Assembly: GCA_965248925.1 (NCBI GenBank)
Contig: CBDFLE010000006.1
Coordinates: 963,700-1,027,699, forward strand
DNA from: Candidatus Multivoradales bacterium
Lineage (GTDB): Bacteria > Acidobacteriota > Thermoanaerobaculia > Multivoradales > J023
DNA length: 64,000 bases
Reading direction: 5' to 3'
Part shown: positions 9,523 through 19,060 of the stretch, piece by piece
Layout of the letters: every line of letters begins with the position of its first letter
Numbering within the stretch: position 1 is the stretch's first letter
Notes under the pieces: model-generated
Databases searched by the model: none
Seen by the model: the letters and a program-made list of their open reading frames with translations, nothing else
What the model was told of the DNA's origin: nothing
Translations under genes and position numbers: made by a program

Positions 9523-10413
9523 TCATTCCCCACCTCGTCTGGCCTCGTACGGGTCCGGTACAAAAACGATGCCGTAGGACTCGAAAACGACCCCGTCCCG
9601 GGCTCCCTTCCCTCGGAATTGAAGCTGAGTGAGCCATTGACCATAGTCGTCGGCGATCTCCTTTCGAGTCGGCGCATCCATCCCTCGAGGCGGCAGCCGA
9701 AAACCCCAATTCACACAGTAGATCGCCAGGTCTGCGGCCTGGACCGGGTAGGTCATGTCAGAGGAGACGAAAAACGGCGCCGGGACGATCCACGCCGACC
9801 GATAGCGGCCCGTCTTCGTTCTCCGGAAGTATCCCTGGAGGCGGCGGACGAAGCGGCGGTCCTCAGCCTTTTCCACTTCGTCCATCACCAGCAGACCGTG
9901 CTGTTTTTCCTGCTCCAGGAGATAGAAGTAGCGCTCGAGAAGGAAGACCTGATCCTTGCGAAGGTACTCCTCCGCCTTGAATGTGTCTGGCTTGATGACG
10001 CTGCGCGGGATCGCGGCGGCAAATAATTGAGCTTTGTGTTGTCTGAGCAGCTCAAAGATCCCCGTCGCCATCTCCAGGGACGCCTGTCCGTAAGCCGTGA
10101 ACTCCACCCGCAGCGGCGGCTTCTTCTCCAGCCCCTTGGTGAGAAATCCCCGGCAATGCTTGCGGCGCTCCTCGTCAGGCATCCTCGACCCCTGGGCCGC
10201 CCACTTGTAGCGATCCTTGTCCAAGAGCTTGCAGCCCTTGAGTTCCGTCCGGAACTGATGCAGCGTGGTCCCGAAGGAGTCCAGCTCCAGACGCTGCATG
10301 TCCTGTACAAATGACCACAGCTCCGAAGCATGCAACGCCACACCGCCCCTAACCTCGTAGGGCATGGTCCGGTGGTCGTGACCGCTCTCATCCAGGAAAA
10401 GCAAATAGCTCAT
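9523..10413 (-). CDS. DUF3800 domain protein.
   Basis: N-terminal MSYLLFLDESGHD and C-proximal QAADL motifs typical of DUF3800. Its start overlaps the stop of the upstream kinase-fragment ORF (ATGA). Confidence 0.65.
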   Translation of the reverse strand: MSYLLFLDESGHDHRTMPYEVRGGVALHASELWSFVQDMQRLELDSFGTTLHQFRTELKGCKLLDKDRYKWAAQGSRMPDEERRKHCRGFLTKGLEKKPPLRVEFTAYGQASLEMATGIFELLRQHKAQLFAAAIPRSVIKPDTFKAEEYLRKDQVFLLERYFYLLEQEKQHGLLVMDEVEKAEDRRFVRRLQGYFRRTKTGRYRSAWIVPAPFFVSSDMTYPVQAADLAIYCVNWGFRLPPRGMDAPTRKEIADDYGQWLTQLQFRGKGARDGVVFESYGIVFVPDPYEARRGGE

Positions 10414-10697
10414 CCGGCGATCTCCAAGGGCTCCTCGATCTCATCCTCGGCGACGCTGAAATCATAGAGCTGGGCGATCCCCGGATAGCGTAGCCGGGTC
10501 GCCACCTGCGCCTTGCGCAAGAAACGGGCCTGCAGATCAGGATCCTCGCGAAACTGGGAGCGGATCATCTTGAGCACCCGCAGTTCATCGAGAAAGACAT
10601 GGCGAACCTTATACACCGCCCCCATACCGCCCTCGCCCATCTTGGCGACGACCTCGTACTTGTGCTCGATTTCCGGGCTCAGGTGAAGCTCAGTCAA
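10410..10697 (-). pseudogene. Truncated duplicate of the Ser/Thr kinase N-terminus (95-aa ORF: Gly-loop + VAIK Lys + aC only). Acts as a leader ORF for DUF3800.
   Basis: Protein MTELHLSPEIEHKYEVVAKMGEGGMGAVYKVRHVFLDELRVLKMIR... is ~90% identical to aa 1-85 of the full kinase. TTG start. It ends 9 aa after the homology stops. Confidence 0.6.
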
Positions 10698-10727
10698 GGT
10701 GCCAAGCCCCTCGATCGGCGGTCGATA
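10444..10727. repeat. Direct repeat copy 1 (diverged duplicate of the kinase 5' end plus leader).
   Basis: Manual alignment to 9000..9283. Confidence 0.75.
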
Positions 10728-11169
10728 CCGCCACCCGTTTCGCTCTCAGCGGTTGCACCTAATTCGGGATTCACTTGCATCCGCTTGCCGAAAGAGGATC
10801 AAGCCTCTGCAACATCAGGACGTTGTTGTGGGGAGGACGCTGCAATCGGCCGCGACTCTCAGCCAACTCTTGCTGGTCGCCATTCGGCACTGATCTCACA
10901 GACTCCATCTTCGCCGGGCGCCGCATGGAGATCCGCCGAGTCACGACGGAACATCTCTGCAGATCACTGACGGTCTGGCGGGATGGGACTCGGTCTGGCG
11001 CACAGCATAGATCTTCTCACGACCGAAGATCGCCTGCACGAGGAACCGATAGAGCGACAGTGATCGCCTCAAGACGGTGGCCGAGAGCGGCGCAGAGCAC
11101 CCGCACAAGGCAACAAAAAGCCGGCTGCACACCTGGTTGCAACCGGCTTTCGAGGCTCCAGCGAACTTC

Positions 11170-13614
11170 CTAGAACCTGAAGTTGCCCCGCAGGTACCAG
11201 GAGCCACCCTCGTAGTTGGCGGCACTGCGCCGGGGATATTGCAGGCCAACGCTCTGACGGTTGGCAAAGGGGGCATTGATCTCCTCGACGAATTCGTCGA
11301 AGACATTGATCGCCCCGACGGCAATGCCGACGTGCTGATTGACCTGGAAGCCAAGCTCAAGATCGATGTAAACGGTTGCCCCGATTTCTGCGGACGGCGA
11401 GCTGGATGCGCCGATGCGGCCGCGTTCGTCGAAGTGCTTGCCGTAGTAGTTGGCCCGAGCCAGCAGATTCCAATCTTCACCCAAACTGGTATTGGCGGTC
11501 AGCACCAGGCGCTCGTTGGGGTAGTTGTTCTCGATGTCCTCGATGATCCCTTCGCTGACCGGATTGACTCCCGAGACCAGAGACTGATCGACCACGTCGA
11601 CCTCGTTGTAGCTAAACGCCAAGACCCAGCTGGTATCAATGGTCGGTGACCAGTCGAAACCAGACGTCAGAACAATATCGAGACCTTGCGACTCGACATC
11701 CAGAGCGTTGGTGTAGAACGAAATAGTCTGACCCTCGGTGTCAGGGACTGCAATGTCGCCAGTGCGGTAAATCCGGTCGTCGACCTCGATCTTGTAGGCG
11801 TCGACGGTCAGTGTCGTTCTGTCGCTGAAGCTATTCGAGAAGCCGAAGCTGAAGTTCAGTGACGTTTCCTCGGTTAGTGCCTTGCCGCCGACCGCCGCCA
11901 CCAACGGGCTGGTGGAAGGCACCAAACCTTCTTCGACCTGCAATCCGGTCACCCCGTCAAAGGTGGTGATGGTGGTGCGCACGTTAGCCTGGCCGGGGGT
12001 CGGTGCGTGGAAACCGGTCGACACCGCGCCGCGCAAGGTCAGCGAGGAATTGACCGAATAGCGCGAAGCGATCTTCCAATTCACCGTGCTGCCAAAGTCG
12101 GAGAAGTCCTCGAATCGCAGAGCGTACTGCATCAAGAAGTCGTCGCTGATGTCGTGCTCCACATCGACATAGAGTGCGATGTTGTCGCGATCAAAGGTGC
12201 CGGCATCGTCAAGACTGATGCCTTTTAGGCCATTGGATCCGGCGCCTAGAAACGAGTTGGGCTCGCCGGCTATCGCAATGTAGGTCTCTTCCCGCCATTC
12301 GGCGCCAAAGGCCAAGTTTATCTTGTCGCTGAGCGGCTTGGAGAAGTCGGCATTCAGATTCAGCTCCTCTTGCCGATAGCCACCAGCATCGAAGTCTCGC
12401 TGCGCCGGCTGGCCGTTGCTCAGACCCAGATCTGGATTGATTGTGTTGTTGAGGGTGTAGTCGAGTTCGTTCTCGCCGTAGCTAATACTGAAGTCGAAGG
12501 TGGTGTTTCCAGCGAACACGCCGGTGAGCCCGGTGACCAAGCTCAAGTCGGTCTGCTCACCATCGAGAAAGGGGGTGTAGCCCGCTTGCAAGCCGGTGAA
12601 CCCTTGCTCGCGCAACGGCACCAAGCTCGAATGCTGGGGATTGCGATAGAAGAACCGGTAGCGGCCGTCGGTTTTGGCGTAGTTGCTCTGGAAGTAGAGG
12701 AAGGTGCTCTCGGTCGGGTTGAAGCCGGAGTTGAGAAAGAAGCGAGTGCCCTGAGTTTCCGGCCGGCCCCAAGTTTGCACCAGGGGCGTATCACCGAAGG
12801 GTGCATCGGCACCGACGCCCTGGACCCCAGCATCGATTAGAGCCTGCGCGTCAGGGCGCTGTACGCCCCGCGACAGAGCATCGTTATCGACATGCTCGAT
12901 GCTGAGATTGACAAAACCGGTCTCACCGAGCGAGAAGCCGCCGTTGGCGGCAACCTTGAGCGAATTCTCACCCTCGTAGTGCTGACCAAACTGAACCTGG
13001 ACTTCAGAACCCTGGGAGGCATCCTTCATTTTGAAGTTGATCACTCCGGCGATGGCATCCGAGCCATATTGGGCGGCGGCACCATCGCGCAACACCTCTA
13101 CTCGCTCGACGGCGATACCAGGCAACATGCCAACATCGACGCCATGCGCGCCATTACCCGCCGCCGGGGCAAAGAATTGCACCAAGGCCGAGCGGTGGCG
13201 GCGCTTGCCGTTGACCAAAACCAAGGTTTGATCCGGCGCCGTGCCGCGCAGCGAGGTGGGGCGAACAAAAGCACTGCCATCACCGGTAGCAGGGGTCGCG
13301 GTGTAGGAAGGCACCAAGGCCTTAAGGTTGTCTGTGAGATCGGCCGTATTGCCCATGGCGTTGAATTCTTCTGCCGAGATGATGTCGACGGGCACCGGCG
13401 AATCGGCTACTGAGCGGGGCTTGGTGCTGCGCGAGCCGAGCACGACGATCTCATCTGAGAAGTCCTCCTGCTCCTCGGCAACAACTTCTTCCGCCGTGTC
13501 CTCGGCCGCTGAAGCGGCCGCATCTTCCTCTGGCTGGGCGATCAAGGCCTGGGCCATCAATACCGCACCGGCAGTGGTCGCCGCCGACAAAAACTTCCAG
13601 GTTCTTCTGTTCAT
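11170..13614 (-). CDS. TonB-dependent outer-membrane receptor.
   Basis: Signal peptide, plug-domain motifs (IERVEVLRDGAAAQYGSDAIAGVINFKMK) and C-terminal YLRGNFRF with terminal Phe. Confidence 0.85.
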   Translation of the reverse strand: MNRRTWKFLSAATTAGAVLMAQALIAQPEEDAAASAAEDTAEEVVAEEQEDFSDEIVVLGSRSTKPRSVADSPVPVDIISAEEFNAMGNTADLTDNLKALVPSYTATPATGDGSAFVRPTSLRGTAPDQTLVLVNGKRRHRSALVQFFAPAAGNGAHGVDVGMLPGIAVERVEVLRDGAAAQYGSDAIAGVINFKMKDASQGSEVQVQFGQHYEGENSLKVAANGGFSLGETGFVNLSIEHVDNDALSRGVQRPDAQALIDAGVQGVGADAPFGDTPLVQTWGRPETQGTRFFLNSGFNPTESTFLYFQSNYAKTDGRYRFFYRNPQHSSLVPLREQGFTGLQAGYTPFLDGEQTDLSLVTGLTGVFAGNTTFDFSISYGENELDYTLNNTINPDLGLSNGQPAQRDFDAGGYRQEELNLNADFSKPLSDKINLAFGAEWREETYIAIAGEPNSFLGAGSNGLKGISLDDAGTFDRDNIALYVDVEHDISDDFLMQYALRFEDFSDFGSTVNWKIASRYSVNSSLTLRGAVSTGFHAPTPGQANVRTTITTFDGVTGLQVEEGLVPSTSPLVAAVGGKALTEETSLNFSFGFSNSFSDRTTLTVDAYKIEVDDRIYRTGDIAVPDTEGQTISFYTNALDVESQGLDIVLTSGFDWSPTIDTSWVLAFSYNEVDVVDQSLVSGVNPVSEGIIEDIENNYPNERLVLTANTSLGEDWNLLARANYYGKHFDERGRIGASSSPSAEIGATVYIDLELGFQVNQHVGIAVGAINVFDEFVEEINAPFANRQSVGLQYPRRSAANYEGGSWYLRGNFRF

Positions 13615-13765
13615 CTCTCCCTCTTCCTTTGGTCCTTCGTCGTTAACGTCGGCACGGCAGCACTACGCTGTCCTCGGGCTGTCCCCGGCTCTCGTCCGCA
13701 AGCTTGATGGAGTAACGGGGACAGTGTAGCATGCCGTTTCACTGACCGGAACTAGGTTTCACTAG

Positions 13766-14584
13766 ATGAGATCAAATCCCAAACCGCCGCGATCTGGCAG
13801 GCCTACCGCGCAGCCCTACCGCGTCGAAGCACTAGCTCGGGGGCTCGATATCTTGTCGCAGTTTGACCGCGCCACTCCTGACCTCTCGTTGGCCGAGATC
13901 GCCATCGCCACCAGCCTCAGTAAGTCGACGGTATTTCGTCTCGTCAGAACTCTGCTAGAAGCGGGCTATCTCTCCCGCAACGCGGATACTCAGCGATACC
14001 GACCGGGTCTCAAGGTGCTCGAGTTGGGGTTTACCGCCCTATCCAATCTTGGTATTCAGGAGGTCGCGCGTCCCTTCCTCGAGCAGCTCTCCCAGGAGGC
14101 CGACGAAACCGCCAGTCTGAGCTTGCTGGATGGCCTGGAGGTGGTCTACATCGACCGGGTGCGCAATCGATCGATCGTCGGCGTGGTGCTCGGGCTGGGG
14201 TCGCGTATTCCGGCTCACTGCGCCTCGATGGGCAAAGTGATGCTGGCCCACCTACCCGAAGACCGAATCTCTACCCTGCTGCAGGACGGTGATTTGTCTC
14301 CCTGCACCGCCCACAGTCAGATCGACGTGGCTGCCCTGGGCCGCGAGTTCGCGCAGATACGTTGCCGTGGCTACGCCCTCAACGATCAGGAGCTAGAGAT
14401 TGGCCTGCGCGCGGTGGCCGCTCCCATCTGGGATCACGAGCGGCAAGTGGTGGCGGCGATCAACGCCACCGGCAATGTACGGACCATCTCCCGCCGCCGG
14501 CTGGTGAAGGAGCTGGCGCCGCAGGTGGTCAAAGCGGCACAGGGGATTTCGCAAGCGCTCGGCTATGCCCCGGAGCGAGCATGA
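13766..14584 (+). CDS. IclR-family transcriptional regulator.
   Basis: N-terminal HTH (LSKSTVFRLVRTLLEAGYL) plus C-terminal IclR effector domain. Confidence 0.8.
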   Translation: MRSNPKPPRSGRPTAQPYRVEALARGLDILSQFDRATPDLSLAEIAIATSLSKSTVFRLVRTLLEAGYLSRNADTQRYRPGLKVLELGFTALSNLGIQEVARPFLEQLSQEADETASLSLLDGLEVVYIDRVRNRSIVGVVLGLGSRIPAHCASMGKVMLAHLPEDRISTLLQDGDLSPCTAHSQIDVAALGREFAQIRCRGYALNDQELEIGLRAVAAPIWDHERQVVAAINATGNVRTISRRRLVKELAPQVVKAAQGISQALGYAPERA

Positions 14585-15831
14585 GCGAACCACCGGACGC
14601 GGCTGCCCAGGGAGCCCTTTCCGGTATTCGCATCCTCGACCTGTCGCGAGTCCTCGCCGGCCCCTACTGCTCCATGGTGCTGGCCGACTATGGCGCCGAG
14701 GTGATCAAGGTCGAGAAGCCTGGCAGCGGCGACGGCACCCGCCAGTGGGGGCCACCCTGGGTGGGCAGCGAGAGTGCCTATTTCTTGAGCGTCAACCGCA
14801 ACAAGAAGAGCATTACTCTGGATCTTAAACAAGCCGCCGGCCGGGACCTGGCGCGCCGCCTAGCGAAGCGCAGCGACGTGTTGATCGAAAACTTCAAGCC
14901 ACGCACCGCCGCGCGTCTAGGGCTCGGCTACCCTCGACTGTCCACCGACAATCCGGGCTTGATCTACTGCTCGATCAGCGGCTACGGCCAGAGCGGCCCC
15001 TACAGTGATCGACCCGGCTACGACGCGATGATCCAAGCCCAAGGAGGCATCATGTCGATCACCGGTCCGCGGGATGGCGAACCGCACAAAGTCGGGGTGG
15101 CGATTGTCGACATCTCCGCCGGCCTGTTTGCCGCCACCGCGATCCTCGCCGCCCTGCACTCGCGCCAGCAAACCGGCACTGGTCAGCACATCGATGTGGC
15201 GTTGCTCGATTCGCAGGTCGCTTGGCTGGCCAACGTGGCGCAGAACTACTTGGCCACCGGCGACCCGCCCTCCCGCCACGGCAATGCTCATCCCAATATC
15301 GTGCCCTACGAGACCCTGCCCACAGCCGACGGCCAGCTGGCTTTGGCGGTCGGTAGCGACCAGCAGTACGAACGCTTCTGCCACGCCGCGGACCGCCCTG
15401 ATCTGTGGGCCGATCTGCGCTTTCGCAGCAACGACGGACGGGTCACTCACCGGCAGGAGCTAGTGCCCAAACTACGACGTCTACTCGCTTCCAAGCCAAC
15501 CGCGGACTGGCTGCGACTGCTGCTGGCGGCGGACATTCCAGCCAGCGCGGTCAATGACATTCCGGCGGTGCTCGCTGACCCCCAGGTCCGAGCCCGCGGC
15601 ATGGTGCAGTCGGCCGAGCACCCCACCCTGGGCAAAATCGATCTCCTCGGCCCGGTGGCCAAGCTCTCCGCCACGCCAGCCACGGTGCGCTCCGCGCCAC
15701 CGCTGTTGGGCGCCGATACCGAGGCGGTGCTCGGCGACCTCCTCGGCTGTAGCGCGGCCGAGTTGCAGGAGCTGGCAGGCCAAGGAGTCACCCAGCCACG
15801 GCAAGGCTCGGACCTGGAGGCTAAGTCGTGA
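14581..15831 (+). CDS. CoA-transferase family III (CaiB/BaiF) protein.
   Basis: MSEPPDAAAQGALSGIRILDLSRVLAGPYCSMVLADYGAEVIKVE... is the classic CaiB/BaiF N-terminus. Start overlaps the IclR stop (ATGA). Confidence 0.8.
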   Translation: MSEPPDAAAQGALSGIRILDLSRVLAGPYCSMVLADYGAEVIKVEKPGSGDGTRQWGPPWVGSESAYFLSVNRNKKSITLDLKQAAGRDLARRLAKRSDVLIENFKPRTAARLGLGYPRLSTDNPGLIYCSISGYGQSGPYSDRPGYDAMIQAQGGIMSITGPRDGEPHKVGVAIVDISAGLFAATAILAALHSRQQTGTGQHIDVALLDSQVAWLANVAQNYLATGDPPSRHGNAHPNIVPYETLPTADGQLALAVGSDQQYERFCHAADRPDLWADLRFRSNDGRVTHRQELVPKLRRLLASKPTADWLRLLLAADIPASAVNDIPAVLADPQVRARGMVQSAEHPTLGKIDLLGPVAKLSATPATVRSAPPLLGADTEAVLGDLLGCSAAELQELAGQGVTQPRQGSDLEAKS

Positions 15832-16826
15832 GCGGTGCGTCCCCACCGGTTCCGCGCACTGCCGTCGACAACAGTGCCGAGCTGATCGTCCGGCGGCTGC
15901 TGGCGGTCCGCCGAGGTGAGCAAGTCGCTCTGGTCTGCGACGACGAGAGTGAGATGGCGATGGTGGAAGCCCTGGCCAGGGCGATCGACGCGGTGGCCGG
16001 CGAGTTCACCATATTGCGCCAGCCATCGCGCGACACCGCCCGCAAGAACGAACTCAGTCCGGTGATCGAGCGCGGCCTCGAAGCGGCCGACTGCCTGATC
16101 GGCCTGACCCGCTCGGGAGGCGCTCCAACTTACGCCAAATCGGTGAAACGCCTACTCGACGCCCGCCGCTTGCGCAGCATCTCGATGGTGATGCGCAGTC
16201 TCGACAACTTCACCAGCGGCGGCGCCCTCGCCGACTACGACGCTTTGCACGCCGATGGCCTGGCGCTAGCCAGCATCTGGCAGCAGGCCGAACGTATTCG
16301 TATCACCTCACCGGCCGGCACCGACTTGCTGGCACCGATCGCTGGCGAAGAGGTGATCATCGAATGCGGCTTCGCCACTAGGCCGGGCCAGGAGGCCGCC
16401 TTCTCGGACGGCGAGGTCTCGCAGATGCCGCGCCAGAACGCCGCCCAAGGGATCGTGGTCGTCGATGGACCGATTGCCCACCTGGGACTGCCCGGCGCGC
16501 CGATCACCCTGCGCATCGAGGCCGGGCGAGTCGCCACGGTAGAGGGTAGCGACCCGGTGGCCAAGGCCTTGCGCCGGATCATCACCACTATCGACCACGC
16601 CGACAACATCGCCGAGATCGGTATCGGCCTCAACCCGGCCTGCCGCCGCAACGGCGATTTCGAAGAAGAGAAGAAGGCCCGCGGCAATGTCCACATCGCC
16701 ATTGGCGATAACGTTTTCTACGGCGGCGCGGTGGAGTGCGCCGTGCACATGGACATGGTGCTTTACCGTCCGACCGTCGTGCTTGATGATCGGGCGGTCG
16801 TGGTCGAAGGCGAATTGCTGGAGTAA
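15828..16826 (+). CDS. M29 aminopeptidase/NicX-like family protein.
   Basis: C-terminal GNVHIAIGDN...HMDMVL motif pattern. Family assignment is from memory and moderate. Confidence 0.45.
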   Translation: MSGASPPVPRTAVDNSAELIVRRLLAVRRGEQVALVCDDESEMAMVEALARAIDAVAGEFTILRQPSRDTARKNELSPVIERGLEAADCLIGLTRSGGAPTYAKSVKRLLDARRLRSISMVMRSLDNFTSGGALADYDALHADGLALASIWQQAERIRITSPAGTDLLAPIAGEEVIIECGFATRPGQEAAFSDGEVSQMPRQNAAQGIVVVDGPIAHLGLPGAPITLRIEAGRVATVEGSDPVAKALRRIITTIDHADNIAEIGIGLNPACRRNGDFEEEKKARGNVHIAIGDNVFYGGAVECAVHMDMVLYRPTVVLDDRAVVVEGELLE

Positions 16827-17081
16827 CCGCAAGGCGGCCACCCTCCGGAACTCTCTGAGAAGGCTGGGGCCGAGCTCCAGAAAAAACACCTGGCGCACCC
16901 CTCCAAAGTCTGGCGCTCGGGTCATGCGCTGGTCGCCGGCCCCTTCGAGGTTCCGGAGGAGGATTCGCTGCGCGGCATCGTCCTCTACCGCGGAGATCTC
17001 GCTGAAGGCGAGGTGCGCGAGCTAGCAGAGGCCGACCCGGCGGTGCGCGCCGGCCGGCTGAAGGTAGAGATCCGCCGCTGA
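16827..17081 (+). pseudogene. YciI-like domain remnant lacking a canonical start codon.
   Basis: In-frame read after the upstream TAA gives ...HALVAGPFEVPEEDSLRGIVLYRGDLAEGEVRELAEADPAVRAGRLKVEIRR* with no ATG/GTG/TTG start. Confidence 0.3.
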
Positions 17082-17164
17082 TGGACTGGCGGCGGGGTGC
17101 TGCGTTTTCGCAATGCGGAAGAGCTGGAGGCACTGCTCAAAGCCTGCGGCGGTGGCGACGAAAC

Positions 17165-18178
17165 CTAAGGACTCGGGGCTGGCGGCACCTTGCACTGGGC
17201 CCGGGGGGCCAGTACGGGCTGCCAAGAGCCATTCGAACACCCCGCGCTCAACACCACCACTACCGTCAAGGCGATCGCCAACAACAGCGCGCTGAGGCTT
17301 TGGTGGACGGCGTGAATCAGCGGAAAGCCAACCGGGGGAGGCCATGTTTCGCTGCTCGGCAGAGGTGCTTTGAGCATTGCCGCCATACCTAGCATCAGCT
17401 GTAGGATCGCCGCACTGAGCAATCCATAAACGCTCCACACGAGCGGCCCACGACGGCCTGAACTCGACACCCCGCCGAGCAGGAAGTTGATCCCACCCAG
17501 GACTGCAAACGCCCCCATCACATGCAGGCCGAGGGCGATCAAATAGACCGAATCGGCCGGCGGATGGCGCACCACCGCACCCAGCAAGATCTGTAGCAGC
17601 ACCATGGCGAGCACCAGCCGCGCCCGTCGCCCTAGGCCCGCATCAGCCGGCGACCGCCAGCGAGTCGAGCTGGCGACGGCGACCAGCACAGTTCCCGAGA
17701 AGATCAGTTGCGAAAGCAGCACATGAAGAACCAACAGCAACGGCGGCAAGAAGTGCCACACCATCACACCGCCGAGGCCGATTTGCAGTAGATCTGCGAC
17801 CAGCAGGGCAAAACCTAGACGGCGCAGCCAAGGCCGCGACCGGCAGCTGGCCAGGCGGCCAGCGAGCAGCAGGATCAACACCCCTGAGGATGCTGCCGCC
17901 AACCGGTGCAGGCTGACCCAAGAAGCGTTGCCTTGCCAGGCCCACGGCAGCCAGCGACCGTAAGTCAGCGGCCAATCAGGTACCGCCAATCCGCCTCGAA
18001 AGCTGTGTACCCAGCTGCCGGCGACGATCACCGCCAGGGTCATCAAAGCTGCCGCCCAGGCCAGCAGCCCGGTCCAACCCTCCGACGGCAATGGGTTGGA
18101 GGCGCCCCCGCTGAGCGGCATGGTGTCCTCCACAGGCGTCATTGGACGGTCTGCCGCTGAGCCGCCATGCCCCGCCAA
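17165..18178 (-). CDS. Heme A synthase-like (CtaA/COX15 family) polytopic membrane protein.
   Basis: ~8 TM helices with multiple intramembrane His. Segment VPDWPLTYG resembles CtaA. Confidence 0.45.
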   Translation of the reverse strand: MAGHGGSAADRPMTPVEDTMPLSGGASNPLPSEGWTGLLAWAAALMTLAVIVAGSWVHSFRGGLAVPDWPLTYGRWLPWAWQGNASWVSLHRLAAASSGVLILLLAGRLASCRSRPWLRRLGFALLVADLLQIGLGGVMVWHFLPPLLLVLHVLLSQLIFSGTVLVAVASSTRWRSPADAGLGRRARLVLAMVLLQILLGAVVRHPPADSVYLIALGLHVMGAFAVLGGINFLLGGVSSSGRRGPLVWSVYGLLSAAILQLMLGMAAMLKAPLPSSETWPPPVGFPLIHAVHQSLSALLLAIALTVVVVLSAGCSNGSWQPVLAPRAQCKVPPAPSP

Positions 18179-18393
18179 AAGCTGCCGGCACAGCAGGTGC
18201 CAAGCCGTGGCAGAACGGCACGAGAGTTGCTGTTGCAGCCACCATGTTCTGGTTCAGACCGGCTCACTCGCCGCCGAGATCCGAAGTCTGGGGCTGATAA
18301 GCTGCAAGCTGGACTCGGCAAGACCGTCCAAGCTTCGAAGCTCGTCGCGCAACGCCCAAGGCGACGGACCATCAACATCCAAGGAGCGAAAGC

Positions 18394-18984
18394 ATGAATA
18401 TTCAACGGAGAGTTTCCACTCTGCCGATCATCCACGCCCTGACCACCCTCTGCTGTCTGACCTTGTGGGTCGCCATTCCGGCTACCGCTCAGCCTTTCGA
18501 CGATGGAGATTGGGAGGTCGCGGTCGATTTCGGCCTCACTGATTGGGACCGGAACGTCTCCAATGACGACTCCGGCACCCGCCTTGGCATCCGCGCGGGA
18601 CGCTTCATGACCGACCACTTCGAGCTCGAACTGCAGTACTTCGAGATGGAGGCGGACGAAGCCGGCGTCGACATCACGTCGAGTAACTTGTTCGTCAACG
18701 GAACGTGGAATTTCTACCCCAACCAGAGGCTGGGGCTTTACACCCTGCTTGGCCTCGGCTCCACTGACGTTGACGTCGAGTTCAGCGACCGCGGTCAGTT
18801 GTTTCGCGCCAGCGACAGCGGTTTTGCCTTTCAAGCCGCCATCGGCCTGCGTTTCTTCTTCGCCGATGAAGACCGCGGGAACTTCCGCCTGGAACTGTCG
18901 TCGTTGACCGAGGATTCTTTCAGCGCCACCTCGAGCCACCTCAGCCTGACCGCTGGCGTCGGTTGGCGTTTCGGCGGCTATTGA
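18394..18984 (+). CDS. Outer-membrane beta-barrel protein (OmpA-like/OmpW-like porin family).
   Basis: Signal peptide, alternating amphipathic strands, C-terminal ...GWRFGGY aromatic end. Confidence 0.6.
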   Translation: MNIQRRVSTLPIIHALTTLCCLTLWVAIPATAQPFDDGDWEVAVDFGLTDWDRNVSNDDSGTRLGIRAGRFMTDHFELELQYFEMEADEAGVDITSSNLFVNGTWNFYPNQRLGLYTLLGLGSTDVDVEFSDRGQLFRASDSGFAFQAAIGLRFFFADEDRGNFRLELSSLTEDSFSATSSHLSLTAGVGWRFGGY

Positions 18985-19060
18985 TCGCCGGCAGCCGACC
19001 GGCGCAGCGGAAGACCCGTAGGGCGGCTCGTCACCGCCCGGCGGCGCCCAACGCCTTCGT

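Noticed and set aside
14362-14580. Upstream extension of the CaiB ORF overlapping iclR
   Set aside because: The extension is Arg/Gly-rich and overlaps a well-supported IclR gene. MSEPPD... at 14581 matches the canonical CaiB N-terminus.
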